A stretch of 64,000 bases of DNA from NCBI GenBank assembly GCA_013239625.1, contig MU053911.1:757590-821589 (forward strand), in the 5' to 3' direction. The stretch is from Lama guanicoe (Eukaryota). The position numbers and the translations under genes were made by a program. Below are positions 39,401-50,180 of the stretch, one piece after another. Within the stretch, counting starts at the first letter, position 1. Each line of letters opens with the position of its first letter. The notes under the pieces are model-generated. The model worked only from the letters and a program-made list of their open reading frames with translations, was not told the origin of the DNA and did no database searches.

Positions 39401-40539
39401 CGACAGAAGGAGAAAGTCAGCTTAGTTCTCCCCTCTTCTGAAAGGCTCCCCCTGCCTTGGGCTCCATGACACCGCTGTCACCTGTGAAAATGAGTAAGGA
39501 AAATACGGTGTCAAGGAGTCCGGCAGAACCGACGTCCGCACAGCTGGCAGGTGGCGACCGCAAGCTGGGAGGGAGTCGGATGCACAAACACGTGCTCAGC
39601 CCATAAGGACGGGAGACCCAGGCGGACCGGCCCCTGAGGAAGCAGAGAATGAACAGGAGCCCGTGTCTGCACTGGGTTAGAAGGGGGTTGCGAGGCAACA
39701 GCCCCGCTCTCAGACCAGAACGAGGGCTCGAGTGCAGTGTCTGAGCAGGTGCAGCAGCCAGAATGAGCTGCATGACAGCCTGGGTTGATGAACCACCAGG
39801 TGATGGTCCTGAGGGTCCACGGTAAGGCTGAATCTGTAGGGTCCGTGTGGACACGGGAGGGCTGTGACGACCTGTGTGGCCATCCTCGGTCCTCAGTGTG
39901 GAGCACACTGTCCGGGGCGCCAGCGGAAACAGGCTGCAGAGGGTCTGGGCTATGAAACGGAGCACACTGCAGGGACCAGCTTAAAACGGGAGGTAAAAAT
40001 GACAGACTCATTTTGCAAAACCTATCAGTCGACCTCTGTGGGTTTTGAATTTTATTTTTCTCTCTGACAGCCTGAGCCCTGCTGTGGAATGTACATGTTG
40101 TGAAATTCTGGCACATCATGAGAACACAAACTTTGTCTCTAACCAGTGGGATTTATCAGCACAGAATCTTTTACTTGAAGCCAGTGAAATTTTCAGGGTA
40201 GGCAGGAGTGGTGTAATGATCCTCTGTTGGTGAATAGAGGCATTTTTCACCTGCTGAGGCCACTAGTCATTACCCAGGGTCTCACTGTGACATGCACGGT
40301 GCAGAAGACAGGCCACTGAAGATAAGAGAAATTGGTAGCTCCAGGTCTGCAGGATGAGTGGGTCTCCCATCAAGCCTCTCTCCCTTTGTACAGTTTTAGG
40401 TTAAATGAACAGGTGTTCATGTTGGCGTCCATGCGTCTCTGCACACCTTCAAAAATCGATTCCTCTTCCAGGGAACAAGCCAGACGGGATTCAGAAGAAC
40501 TAGCATTCTTTGCGTGTCCTCCGTCCTGGCTGCATCCCC

Positions 40540-40652
40540 CAGGCTCTGCCTCCTGCTCGTGGATTTCTTTTCTGTGGGTGTTCCCGCCTCTTCTTACAAG
40601 GACACCCCCCTCATTGGATTTAGGGCCCTCCCTGACTCAGTGTGACCTCGTC
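40540..40652 (-). mobile_element. MaLR LTR fragment (MLT1-like)
   Basis: tcttcttacaaggacacc...cattggatttagggccc...tgacctcgtct is typical MLT1 minus-strand text. Confidence 0.65.
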
Positions 40653-40760
40653 TGCTATGGTCTGAATGTGTCCCCCAAAATCCACGTGTGCAAATCCTAA
40701 CCCCAAAGATGCCGGTACTGGGGCGGGCCTTTGGGTGAGTAGGTCATGCAGTGGAGCCCA
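40653..40760 (+). mobile_element. MaLR LTR 5' end (MLT1A-like)
   Basis: tgctatggtctgaatgtgtcccccaaaatccacgtgtgcaaatcctaaccccaa...ggggcgggcctttgg is the MLT1A start. Confidence 0.8.
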
Positions 40761-40802
40761 TTTTCCATTGGCCTTCCACAGAGAAGTGACATCTAGTTTA
40801 CA

Positions 40803-41335
40803 TTTTAATAGACTTTAATTTTTAGAGTAGTTTTAGTTTCACAGTAAAACTGAGCAGAAGATAGATACGCATAGTCGCTGAGTTGGTCCTGCTCCCGACA
40901 CGCATGGGACCCGCGCAGAAGCGTCCCCGCCACGGCCGCATCCACACGCGGCTCTCCCTGTGCTCCACGTCCTGGGGTTTGAGAAGCGTCTGACGATGGG
41001 TGTCCAGCATTCACGTCTCACACAGAGCGGTTTCAATGCCCTGAATCCTCTACGTCCTGCCTGTCCGTGTCCCCTTCCCCTAATTCCCAGCAACCGCCGG
41101 TTTCCTCACTGTCTCCACTGTTCTGCCATTACGTCCTGGAATTATGCAGAATGCAGCCTTTTCAGATGGACTTCATTCACTTAAAAACATGCATTTAAGT
41201 GTCCTCCGTGTTTTTCATGACTAATATTTTTAGTGCTGAATAATATTCCACTGTCTCGGTGAGTCACTGCAGACATAGTCATTCATCTCTGAAGGGCCTC
41301 TTGGCTACTTCCAAGCTTTAGCCATTATGAGAAAA
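40803..41335 (-). mobile_element. Old L1 (L1MC/L1MD-like) 3'UTR
   Basis: tttaatagactttaatttttagagtagttttagtttcacagtaaaactgagcagaag...cttttcagatggacttcattcactta...gctgaataatattccactgtc...cttggctacttccaag. Confidence 0.8.
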
Positions 41336-43586
41336 GCTGCTGTTTTTTAGTTTATTGAGCTTTTTACCTGTTATTAGGTCAGAGTGATGACCTCCAAGCT
41401 TCTCACATGCAGAAGAGAACCCTGGAAGTCTCCATCTGCTTTTAGAATGATTTTTCTTAAGGCCTTTCATGTTTCTTCCTAGCACAGCCTTAATAAAGAT
41501 CAAGATAAGATGTAAGTTCAGCATAAATAAGATTCTTTTCAGCAACTGTCTAATAATTTTTATAAGAATTATTGGGCAAAAGATACTTATCTATTTTAAT
41601 TTATGAATTTCACATTTAGGCCTGAAAATCTTTACTTCACAATTTTTAAATCTAAACAGAAACAAGTTTTCCTTCCTTTTAGGCCAAAGTCCCCAATATT
41701 ACCATTTCGACAGGACCAGCAAGCCAGCCCTTCCCGTGTCACATTCAAGCTCCTGCAATGAATTCACCAGGCCTACGCTCCCTGTCTTTAATCCTATTCT
41801 CTGACAACGTTATCAAAACTTTTCCACGAAAAGACGACGCAATTTTAATAAAAAACAAAACACTTGGCTTGACATCCTCTTATAAAAATAAAACCATTTC
41901 TAAACAATGTTTCTGAATATACTTAAAAACAATGCAATTCTTATTCAGTGCAAGCAAAATGGTAGATGTTAACTAAAATCCAGAAAACATATATTGTTCA
42001 CCAAGTTTCTCGAATAAAAAACAGATGACAATTTTCAGCAGAATTCTGGAAAATGCAAGCGGCCACCTTTGAAGAGGGGTCGACCCACTTACCACTCACT
42101 GAACGTGACCCTTACAAATGTGTGAGTTGCCGTCAGACGTCCTCGAGGACTCCACGCCGCGTCGTAGGCCAGAGGCACTCGTCTCGTTGTCGTCGTCTGC
42201 CATCAGATGATGAAACACACTAGGTCCGCAGCAAGAGTCACGTACTTTCAGAAACCCATTCAGTGGGAAACACGGACCAGACACTTTACTGTTGTCCATC
42301 GATGCCAAGATTCCAAGACAGCCAGGTTTGTCTTCACCCTTAGGGTCAATACCTCAGTGAGAATTACAGGCATTATTTTTTGTCCAACCCCTTGGATCTA
42401 AACATTGTCTTTTTTCTAATGTGCTCAAAGGAAAGCTTGAGAGACAGTAAGATTTCTGTGCTCCAAGGAGAGAACTATTTTTTAAAGGTTTTTCTGTTAC
42501 AGTTAGTTTTTAAATGCTGGACTCCTTCTAATACCAACAATCCTGCATCCTATTTTCTTACACAAAAAGCAGTGAATTACATTAATGCTCTCTGAGAAGT
42601 ATCACCAAGTAGATTTTAATGCTGTAACTTTTAAAGTCGTGCTTAGTTCTAGACCAATGTTTCTTAGCTGGTTTTTCACTCCTGCCTTCCCACGGAGACG
42701 TTTAACCAGCAAAGGAAAGCTTCTCACATCTTCGACGGTGAGGGCTCAGCTGAGTCATCCGTCCTCTCCTGAGGCCACTGTGGCTTCTCCCACCCTCAGG
42801 CTCTGACCCAGCCTTGACCAGAAACACAGAGAGTGACGTCCCCACCGACAGACTCCACGCCCTTCCCAGGTACTGGGAACACCAGCTAGTTCACACCGTG
42901 AAATAAAAACTACCACCCTCATCCCATAGCTCTGGAAAACGTAAGAAAAAGTTGGAGTAAAACCGACATCTACGTGTATTAGCAAAGACGAGGTTAGATT
43001 TTATCTGCACCGTCTACCAGCCATGGGAATGGGAGTCCCACTTCCTGTCTCACTCCCCCTGCTTTGCCTCCTGACTCGACAAATCAGCTCAGCGTCCAGA
43101 AGAGCAGGAGGGCCTGCCTCCTGGAGACCCTTGCACGTCGCTCCTCGAGGGTCAGTGAAGGGCTTTGCTCCCTGGAGGAGGAGCTGAGTGGCGCTCCCGC
43201 CGTGGCCGAGTTCCACCACTAGACGCTGACGTTCCACAGACCCGGCGTGCGCTGACTGGTTCTATGATTCAGCAGTTACAACGTGAACCCTCAGAATGAC
43301 ACCCCGAGACTCACGGTACTTGGCCTCGTACTTTGATGATGTGGTTGAGTTTTAACTGCAGACCATTTGAAACAGGGCACTGTATCTGTTAGATATAAAA
43401 TTCCACTCATGGGCAACTGCCTTTGTAATGGGGTCCTGCCCTAACTCAGAAGGGCCCTCCCTTCCCTCCCCGCCTTCACTGCCCCTCTGGTATAGAGGCC
43501 GCCAACCAGACTGGGAAATCGGCTGACATGGGCAGAGGGGTCGGGGGGGTGAGGGAGAAGAAGAAAAGGTGGGGGGGACGGGACGG

Positions 43587-43609
43587 NNNNNNNNNNNNNN
43601 NNNNNNNNN
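43587..43609. other. Assembly gap (23 N)
   Basis: Run of 23 N directly after a G-rich tract. Confidence 1.
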
Positions 43610-44189
43610 TTTCACACAGTACCTGGAGGGAGTTCATGGAACCCTGGGATACTTTGCTGGTGCAGAATTTCACAGCCGTGCCACAAACAGGAATCCGATG
43701 GTGGCGGCGAGCCCTTTCACAGAAGCTCCAGGCCACAGGCGGCGGGCGAGCACAGGCAGAGGCAGAGAGTCCGCGGAGCTGCCCGGTCCCCGGCTGCCCT
43801 GGAGACACACGTGCTGCCCGCGTGGCCCCAGGTGTCTGAGTGTGGTCGTTCCCACTTGTGCATCCCTTCTCTTCCCTAAATCAGAATTTCCTGCAGGCAG
43901 GCGCTGTGTTTCACTCACTTCCACGTTCCCTGCAGGGCCCAGCAAAAGTCAGAGTAAGTGTGTAACGAGTCTTCACGGCTGACAGCTACTAGCCCACTGT
44001 ATCATCACTCACAGGGAGTTCGGGACACTGAATCCCCCTCAGCCAAAGTACCAAACAGATAACCCTCTCGACGTGCTTCTGTTGACATCACCACAGAACA
44101 CAGATTTAATTCACTAATAACCAACCTTCCTCAGCCCCCTAACATTGGATGCGGGGGGAAACACCGGCCTAGTCAAGACCTAATGATAA

Positions 44190-44325
44190 TTTTTTAAATT
44201 TTTTTCTTGAGTGGAAGGGAATTAGGTTGGTTTGTTTGTGTGTTTACATGGAGGCACGGGGGATTGAACCCAGGACCTCACGCATGCTAAGCCCACATTC
44301 TACCACTGAGCCATGCCCTCCCCCA
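44190..44325 (-). mobile_element. tRNA-Ala-derived SINE (camelid vic-1-like)
   Basis: The reverse complement reads ggggagggcatggctcagtggtagaatgtgggcttagcatgcgtgaggtcctgggttcaatccccc followed by an A-rich tail, with A and B boxes and an AGC anticodon arm. Confidence 0.9.
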
Positions 44326-44339
44326 GGAAACAGCAGTTA

Positions 44340-45720
44340 AGGCTGCTTTCTCCTTCACCCCCACCACCAGCCGCTAGACCACGCGCTCCACCCACGCACC
44401 GAGAAGATGCGGTTCCCCCCGGCCGAGAGCCACAGAAGGCACTAACCCTCCGCCGAGCGGCAGGCGCGGCAGCCCCCGCCCGGGCGCAGCCAGAGCTCAC
44501 AGGAGGTCTGCGCAGCAGAGACACCTGCCTGGACGCCCTCGTGCATAAATGTCAGAAAAGAAGACATGCAGCTCTGAGAGCGTTTGGCTGTCTCCTCCAG
44601 TCACCAGCGCAGGCCCTGGAGAAACGCTCATCCCAGCGGGGTCCAGTTCAGCTCAGAGGCAGCGCGTTAGCCTCCAAGGCCACCGTCTTGGGTTTATTTC
44701 TGCTTATTTCCAGGCTCGAACACCTGGGAGCGTTACTCCTGTCTTCGTGTTGCAAGTCTGTCAAAGGCTGACTTCAGGCTCAGGAGGAGGCAGAACCCCG
44801 GGCCATGTGTGACTGCGGCTACAGCCGGAGCCCCTCCCCAGCCTGGGGGGACCCTCACCCAGGGCTGCGCGAGGCTCCGGCCAGCGCCCGAGGCCGATTA
44901 GCAAGAGGAACCTGGGAGCTGAAGTCGCTGTGGTGTGTGTTTCTCCAGGTCTCTAGAAGCAGGGATGTTTAAAAGGCAGTTCTCTTCTCTTCTTTGAATA
45001 TGTCAACTAAAAAATAGAGATGTGTATTATTTGATAAAACACATGGGGAAAACGTGTCTTCCTTCCCTTTGCAAAGGGAGGGTAAAAATAAACCCAGTGC
45101 TTCTGGCTTTCTCACTGATCCGACCCGGGGTGGCGGGTGGGGGCCTGATCTTGGGCAAGTCCTTGGGGCGGGGGCCGCAGCGCCCCTGCCGGAGCCCCGG
45201 GGGCCCGGAGAGGCGGGGTCTCCTCACAGGCCTGCGCCCGGCAGAGGAGCACGAACTGTCCCCGCGCATTTCTAGGAGGCGCCCCCAGAACCGAGAGTGG
45301 GGAACGGGAGGTGTGGGAGGTGAGCGCTGGGAGCAGGACTGCAGTGGGGTTTCCAGCTTCCTCTCGGCCAGGGGAGAAAAGTGAGCTGGGCACCTGGGGC
45401 CCGAGGAAGCGTTTCACGTTTCTCTCAGGAATCTGTGCGCATCCTGTCTCCTCGCAGATGGTCCCGGGGCTTAACGCTGGAAAAGTCTTCGCTGGGGTCT
45501 GACCAGAGAAACAGTCCAGGCAGCAGCGTGCGCCCTGGATCGCCGGGAATCCCCCAGGGCGGGCAGCTCCCGCGTCCGGGCCTGCAAAGCACCACGGAGG
45601 GCGGACCCTGCGCGGGCCCGGCCCCGCCACCCGGGCCGCGGCCGGAGCGGGGCAGGAGCCCCTCAACGCCGCAGGCGGTGTCTGTCCCAGAACGGGCTGG
45701 GGAGGTGTCAGGAGAGCACA
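44340..45720. promoter_or_regulatory. CpG-island-like region with GC boxes (candidate promoter or enhancer)
   Basis: High GC and dense CpG at about 44370-44520, 44810-44900 and 45110-45690. Sp/KLF-type boxes ggggcggggg (about 45164), gaggcgggg (about 45210) and ggccccgcc (about 45620). Confidence 0.6.
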
Positions 45721-47479
45721 GAGTGGCTCCCGCAGGGCTCGTGTCTAAGATGCTGGAAGAGAACGTGCCCGAGGATGGGACAGCACCCTTTAGAAACTGA
45801 TAAGCCGGGCACCCGTGGATCTTGTCAGGCCCAGAGGCTCCAGCACTGGTCTTAGAACACATTAAAATTACCCGCACCTTCCTCTGCTCCCGCAGCAAAC
45901 CCAGGCCAGGCCAGGGACCACGATTTTAATCAACGTGTGCTAACAGACCATTCTGAGGTCACATCTCCCCTGTGCCTTGAACTAATTAACAGTTTAGTTG
46001 AGTCGGGAAGAAGTTCGCTCCAGGCACTTCCCAGTGAAGATGGAGTCCAAAGTTCTCTTGCATGTCTTAATGCGTTTCTTAAAACATGAATGTCCTCAAG
46101 GAAACTTAGTACCAGGAGTGATTTCATGGAGACAGAATTTAATTTTCACCTTCACATTTTATATCTTGAAAATGCTTAGAAACAACGAAAAATTAGTATT
46201 TCTTGGTCTAGTTCCTCAGTCATTTATGGTGAATAAATGAGTTTTGAGTAGCTAGGGGTAACAGTGATATTAAGCATTTTAAAGAAAAAAGCTCTGAATT
46301 ATTTTTCCATATATTTTGTCCTATATACACAAATATTTATTCTCTTGTGACTTCCAAGGACGCAAATGGATTTGTTAATGATTTCCACCGACGGTGCCTG
46401 TGGTCAGTGGCAAAGATGGCTGCGTTCGCCACCTGCCCCGTGTCCACACTCCGCTGAGTGGCTTGCTTTGCCCTTAGGCTTTGGCTGTGTCATTCCAGCT
46501 GAGGACGTGCAGGGTCAGCGGGCAGCCAGCAAAGCCCAGACACACGAAGGAGCCTAGATGGGGCCAGCAGGGCACCCCCCCATCCCAGGCACATGAGCCA
46601 CGAACGCGTGCTGACGGACGTAGATGAGGGTCGTGGCTAATCGTCGGGGAGCATTTTTGTGTCAAAACTAAAGCAACAACAATCCCAGAAGGACTGCCAT
46701 CTCTCCCACACACCCAACTCCTTTGTCTCCATGCTCCACCTTACCCTCCTTAAAATGCTGTCCGTCAATCAATCTAGCTTCTGCTTCCTCCACTCCTACA
46801 CTTGCAAGGCTCAGTGAACCTGGGGAAAGTCACCCAGCCACCCCCGTGGGCCCCTAGGAAGGGACGCTCCCCCGCCTCAGCCATCACCTCACACTGGGCA
46901 GCTCGATGCCACGTGTCTGGTGAAAACCTTTCCCATCTCCCCGGAGCTGCTTCATGCTTCCCTGTGTTCCATCAACTCCCAGTTCTGTTGCTCTCTCCTT
47001 CATCCAAAGATGACTGCCTCCTTTTTCCTTATAATCCCAGGTGAACGCGTGGTCCAGTTTTGGAGGGATGTCTTACTCAGTAAAACAGTCTTACCTCCAC
47101 AAGGAATTGCAAAGTAACTACAATCCTTTACCTGTGTGGCTCTTAGAATGTAAAAAGGGAACCCAAATGCATAACTTACCGCCACACTCCTTATAATTCT
47201 TTCCTCACTTTGTTACTTGGTCCCTCTCCAAAACAAACAAACCCAAAAAACACTCCAGAATTTTTCACCAACCCCCTAAAAGCTCTCTTATCCACACTAG
47301 ACAAATGATCTCTTCCTCCAGCCCCTTCTGTCTGTTTCTTCAAAACATGCAGTCTTAGGTCCAGCCTTGCTAGACTTGTTGCATCCAAATTCCTATGGAA
47401 AGGCCAGCAAATTAATGTGTGTGTTGGAACAGGACCTGGGTAATTCTTCTCATCAAGCGAGTTTGAAAACCTGTAGCTT

Positions 47480-47640
47480 GAACTTCAGCTCTCAGTCTTG
47501 GTTGCTCGTTGGGATCTCTGGGGAAGGTGTCAAGACTCCTGAAGCTGGGCTGCCCCAGGTCCTGATTTAATTGACATGGAATGAGTCCTGGACATCTGGA
47601 CTTTTAAGAGCCCCCAGGAGAGTCTAACATGAAGCACTGT
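47480..47640. mobile_element. MER5-like hAT-Charlie MITE
   Basis: gctgggctgccccaggtcctgatttaattg...ctggacttttaagagcccccaggagagtctaacatg resembles the MER5A/B pattern. Confidence 0.55.
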
Positions 47641-47854
47641 GGTCCCCAGTGATGCCACACAGGCATCCCCCAGGTTTGCAGCCGGGCATCACTCAGGGTG
47701 TAATCGGAAGAAACAAAAAACTCCCACATGCACAGCTTCCCGTACTACAAGCCAAACAAATACAATGAAGACAGCGTCCCTCTAGAAAGGAGGGGTGAGT
47801 GAAGATTGCAGGTTCCCCACCTGCATCCCAAGTAGTTCCCAGAACTGGGGTTTG

Positions 47855-48148
47855 TCCTTCCTTCCTTCCTTCCTTCCTTCCTTCCTTCCTTCCTTCTTTT
47901 CTTCCTTCCTTCCTTCCTTCCTTTCTTCCATTCCTTCCTTCCTCCCTCCTTCCCTCCCTTTCTTCCCTCCTTCCTTCCTTTCTTTCTTTTTCTTCCTTCC
48001 TTCCTTCCTTCCTTCCTTTCTTTCTTTCTTTCTTTCTTTCTTTTCTTCCTTTCTTCCTTTCTTTCTTTCCTTCCCTCTCTCTCTCTCTCCCCCCTCCTCC
48101 CCTTCTCTCCCTCCCTCCCTCTCTTCCTTCTTTCTTTTTTTTCTTCTT
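47855..48148. repeat. (CCTT)n/(CTTT)n/(CT)n compound polypyrimidine tract
   Basis: About 290 nt of C/T with a single A (about 47930). The ORFs 47795-48193 and 47799-48269 are artefacts of this tract. Confidence 0.97.
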
Positions 48149-48711
48149 ATTTTCTATAACAGATCTAACCTTCTGCTTAGGCCTCCCTGTTGAAGGCGGG
48201 CATGGACAAGGAGCAGGCAGATCTATTCAGAAGATCCGTCGAACTCACAGGGACTCAGTATGCAGATAATTCCCTGTGGCAGCTAACTTCTTTGTCAAGG
48301 TCTCTGGTCAAGGCCCTGCTCTCAGCCCACATGGCCTCAGGCTCATGGGGAGAAGACGGGGTGGAGTCCCCGGGGCCCACAGGCCTTTGGTGCCCTTGCT
48401 GAGAGGGATCTGCAACCACTGGGGTACGTGGTGCAGTGTCCCCTGGCCAGGCACAGTGACACCCCAGCTCCCGTGACGGAGTCCACTGTCCCAGCGCTCG
48501 GCCTTCCGTCTCAGCGTCCCTCACACACGTTACAGCCTCTTCGCTCGGACCCCGCCTGCGTCCCTCCCGGGATGTGTCAGCAGCTCAGCGTCCGTCGGTG
48601 GAGCACAAACCCCTGAGCGCTCTGCACATCGCGGACGTGCAGGGGACCCAGGTGCCACAAGGGCTCACCATTCTCACCTCCTCCTGCTGCCCGTCCACTG
48701 CAATCTTCTCC

Positions 48712-48830
48712 CCACATGCATTGTGGGGCCTGGTGCAAAACGAACACAGAGTCCCTTGTTCAAAATGTCATTGAGAATCTCAAGACAGTGACGTCGAGCC
48801 TTCAGCCAGGTGGGACAAACACGAAGCAAG
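48712..48830 (+). mobile_element. MER91-like hAT (Tip100) element
   Basis: ttgtggggcctggtgcaaaacgaacacagagtcccttgttcaaaatgtcattgagaatctcaagacagtgac matches the MER91 pattern as I recall it. Confidence 0.7.
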
Positions 48831-50009
48831 CCCTGGCTGCAGCCACACAGCAGACAGCCTCAGTCCCGTCACCCACCAGGCTCGGGGCCAAATCTGACAA
48901 TGGAGGGGCTGGGGGGCGGTGGGGCGCAGTACACAGAGGAATCAACCTGTGGAATTTCACACCTAATTTAAATTCCAGATGCCGAGGGGGGAAAAGCCTT
49001 AAATTGTGTAACATAACTGTCTTAGTTTTGAAGATGTCTTTCAAAAACAGTCATCTTCACTCTCAGTTCTTCAGCCCTCCTGTCATACCCATCCACCCAT
49101 GAAAGGAGGGGTCCTGAGCTCATCAAAATGCAAAATATCAGTGATTCCTCTCCCCCCCGCCTTTGATGTTTAGAATAAAGTATGTGCGTCTTAGCACACT
49201 GCTACCGCACCGCCCATTAATCATAAGGCGGTCAGAGATCCCCCCTTTATGGGAAAGGTGGCTGAATCTCCCAAATTCAGTCTGGGCATTACGGCCCCTC
49301 AAATTATAGAGTGAATGGTAGCTTAAAGAAAAATGAGAACAGTGTTTTAACAACGACTTATACCAGCTTCTCGAGATTCCTGTTACTCCTATTCGTATGC
49401 AGGACCCAGGAAAACAAAACTTTTTAATTTGAAAAAAGGAGGGTGACGCAACAACTCACTCAAACTGCGCAGCCTTGAGAAAGCCCAGCCTCCTTCAGGG
49501 CAGGTCTGAGGGCATGTTACATTGCTATAATTACCATTCTGCTGAGTGTCTTCCTATCAGAGAATATGATCAGATAATTCACTTTACAGCACAAGGGAAA
49601 GCAAGCCATTGAGACGGCACCACTGTTCTGCTTAAGTTTGTCACTTGTGCCTCGCGGGGCGTGTCCAGCAGCACCGGAGGATGTGAACGACTCAGGTCTG
49701 AAGGATGGAGGGACGCTATGGGGTCCGCTACGAGCTTCCTGTAAACAGTGGGCGGTCTCATCAGCGAGTGCTTCGTGGTAGTACAGACTTTACTCCAGTC
49801 CATCTCTCCAGACATCAATATTAAAGACACTGAGGCTGGATAAATTACTGTCAGAACTGCTGCCTTGGTGCTGGTCAGCAAATTCTAAGTCCAGACAGAC
49901 CCGGTGACAGCCGTATGTGGAGACCCAAGTAGATGTCTCCGCCGTATAAGCATGGCGTTTAGCACCAAATCACCAAAGCAATGCACGTGAACCACACAGC
50001 AGCTGGTGT

Positions 50010-50180
50010 GCACTCAGCCATTTAACCTCGTCCACAACCTCTGAGGCACGTGCTGCTGTTACACCCACTTTACAGATGGCGACACTGACGTACAGAGAAG
50101 TCGGGTAACCTGACCGCACGGCCAGGGAGTCCCAGAGCCACTCCAAGGGTCCATGTCAGGAGTCTGCACCCTTACCTGCA
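50010..50180 (-). mobile_element. MIR SINE
   Basis: catttaacctcgtccacaacctctgagg...cccactttacagatggcgacactgacgtacagagaagtcgggtaacctg. Confidence 0.75.

Noticed and set aside
42085..42310. Possible minus-strand exon ending at tandem donors (GTGAGT/GTAAGT at about 42086-42099)
   Set aside because: No recognisable protein and no clear acceptor; cannot be supported without transcript data
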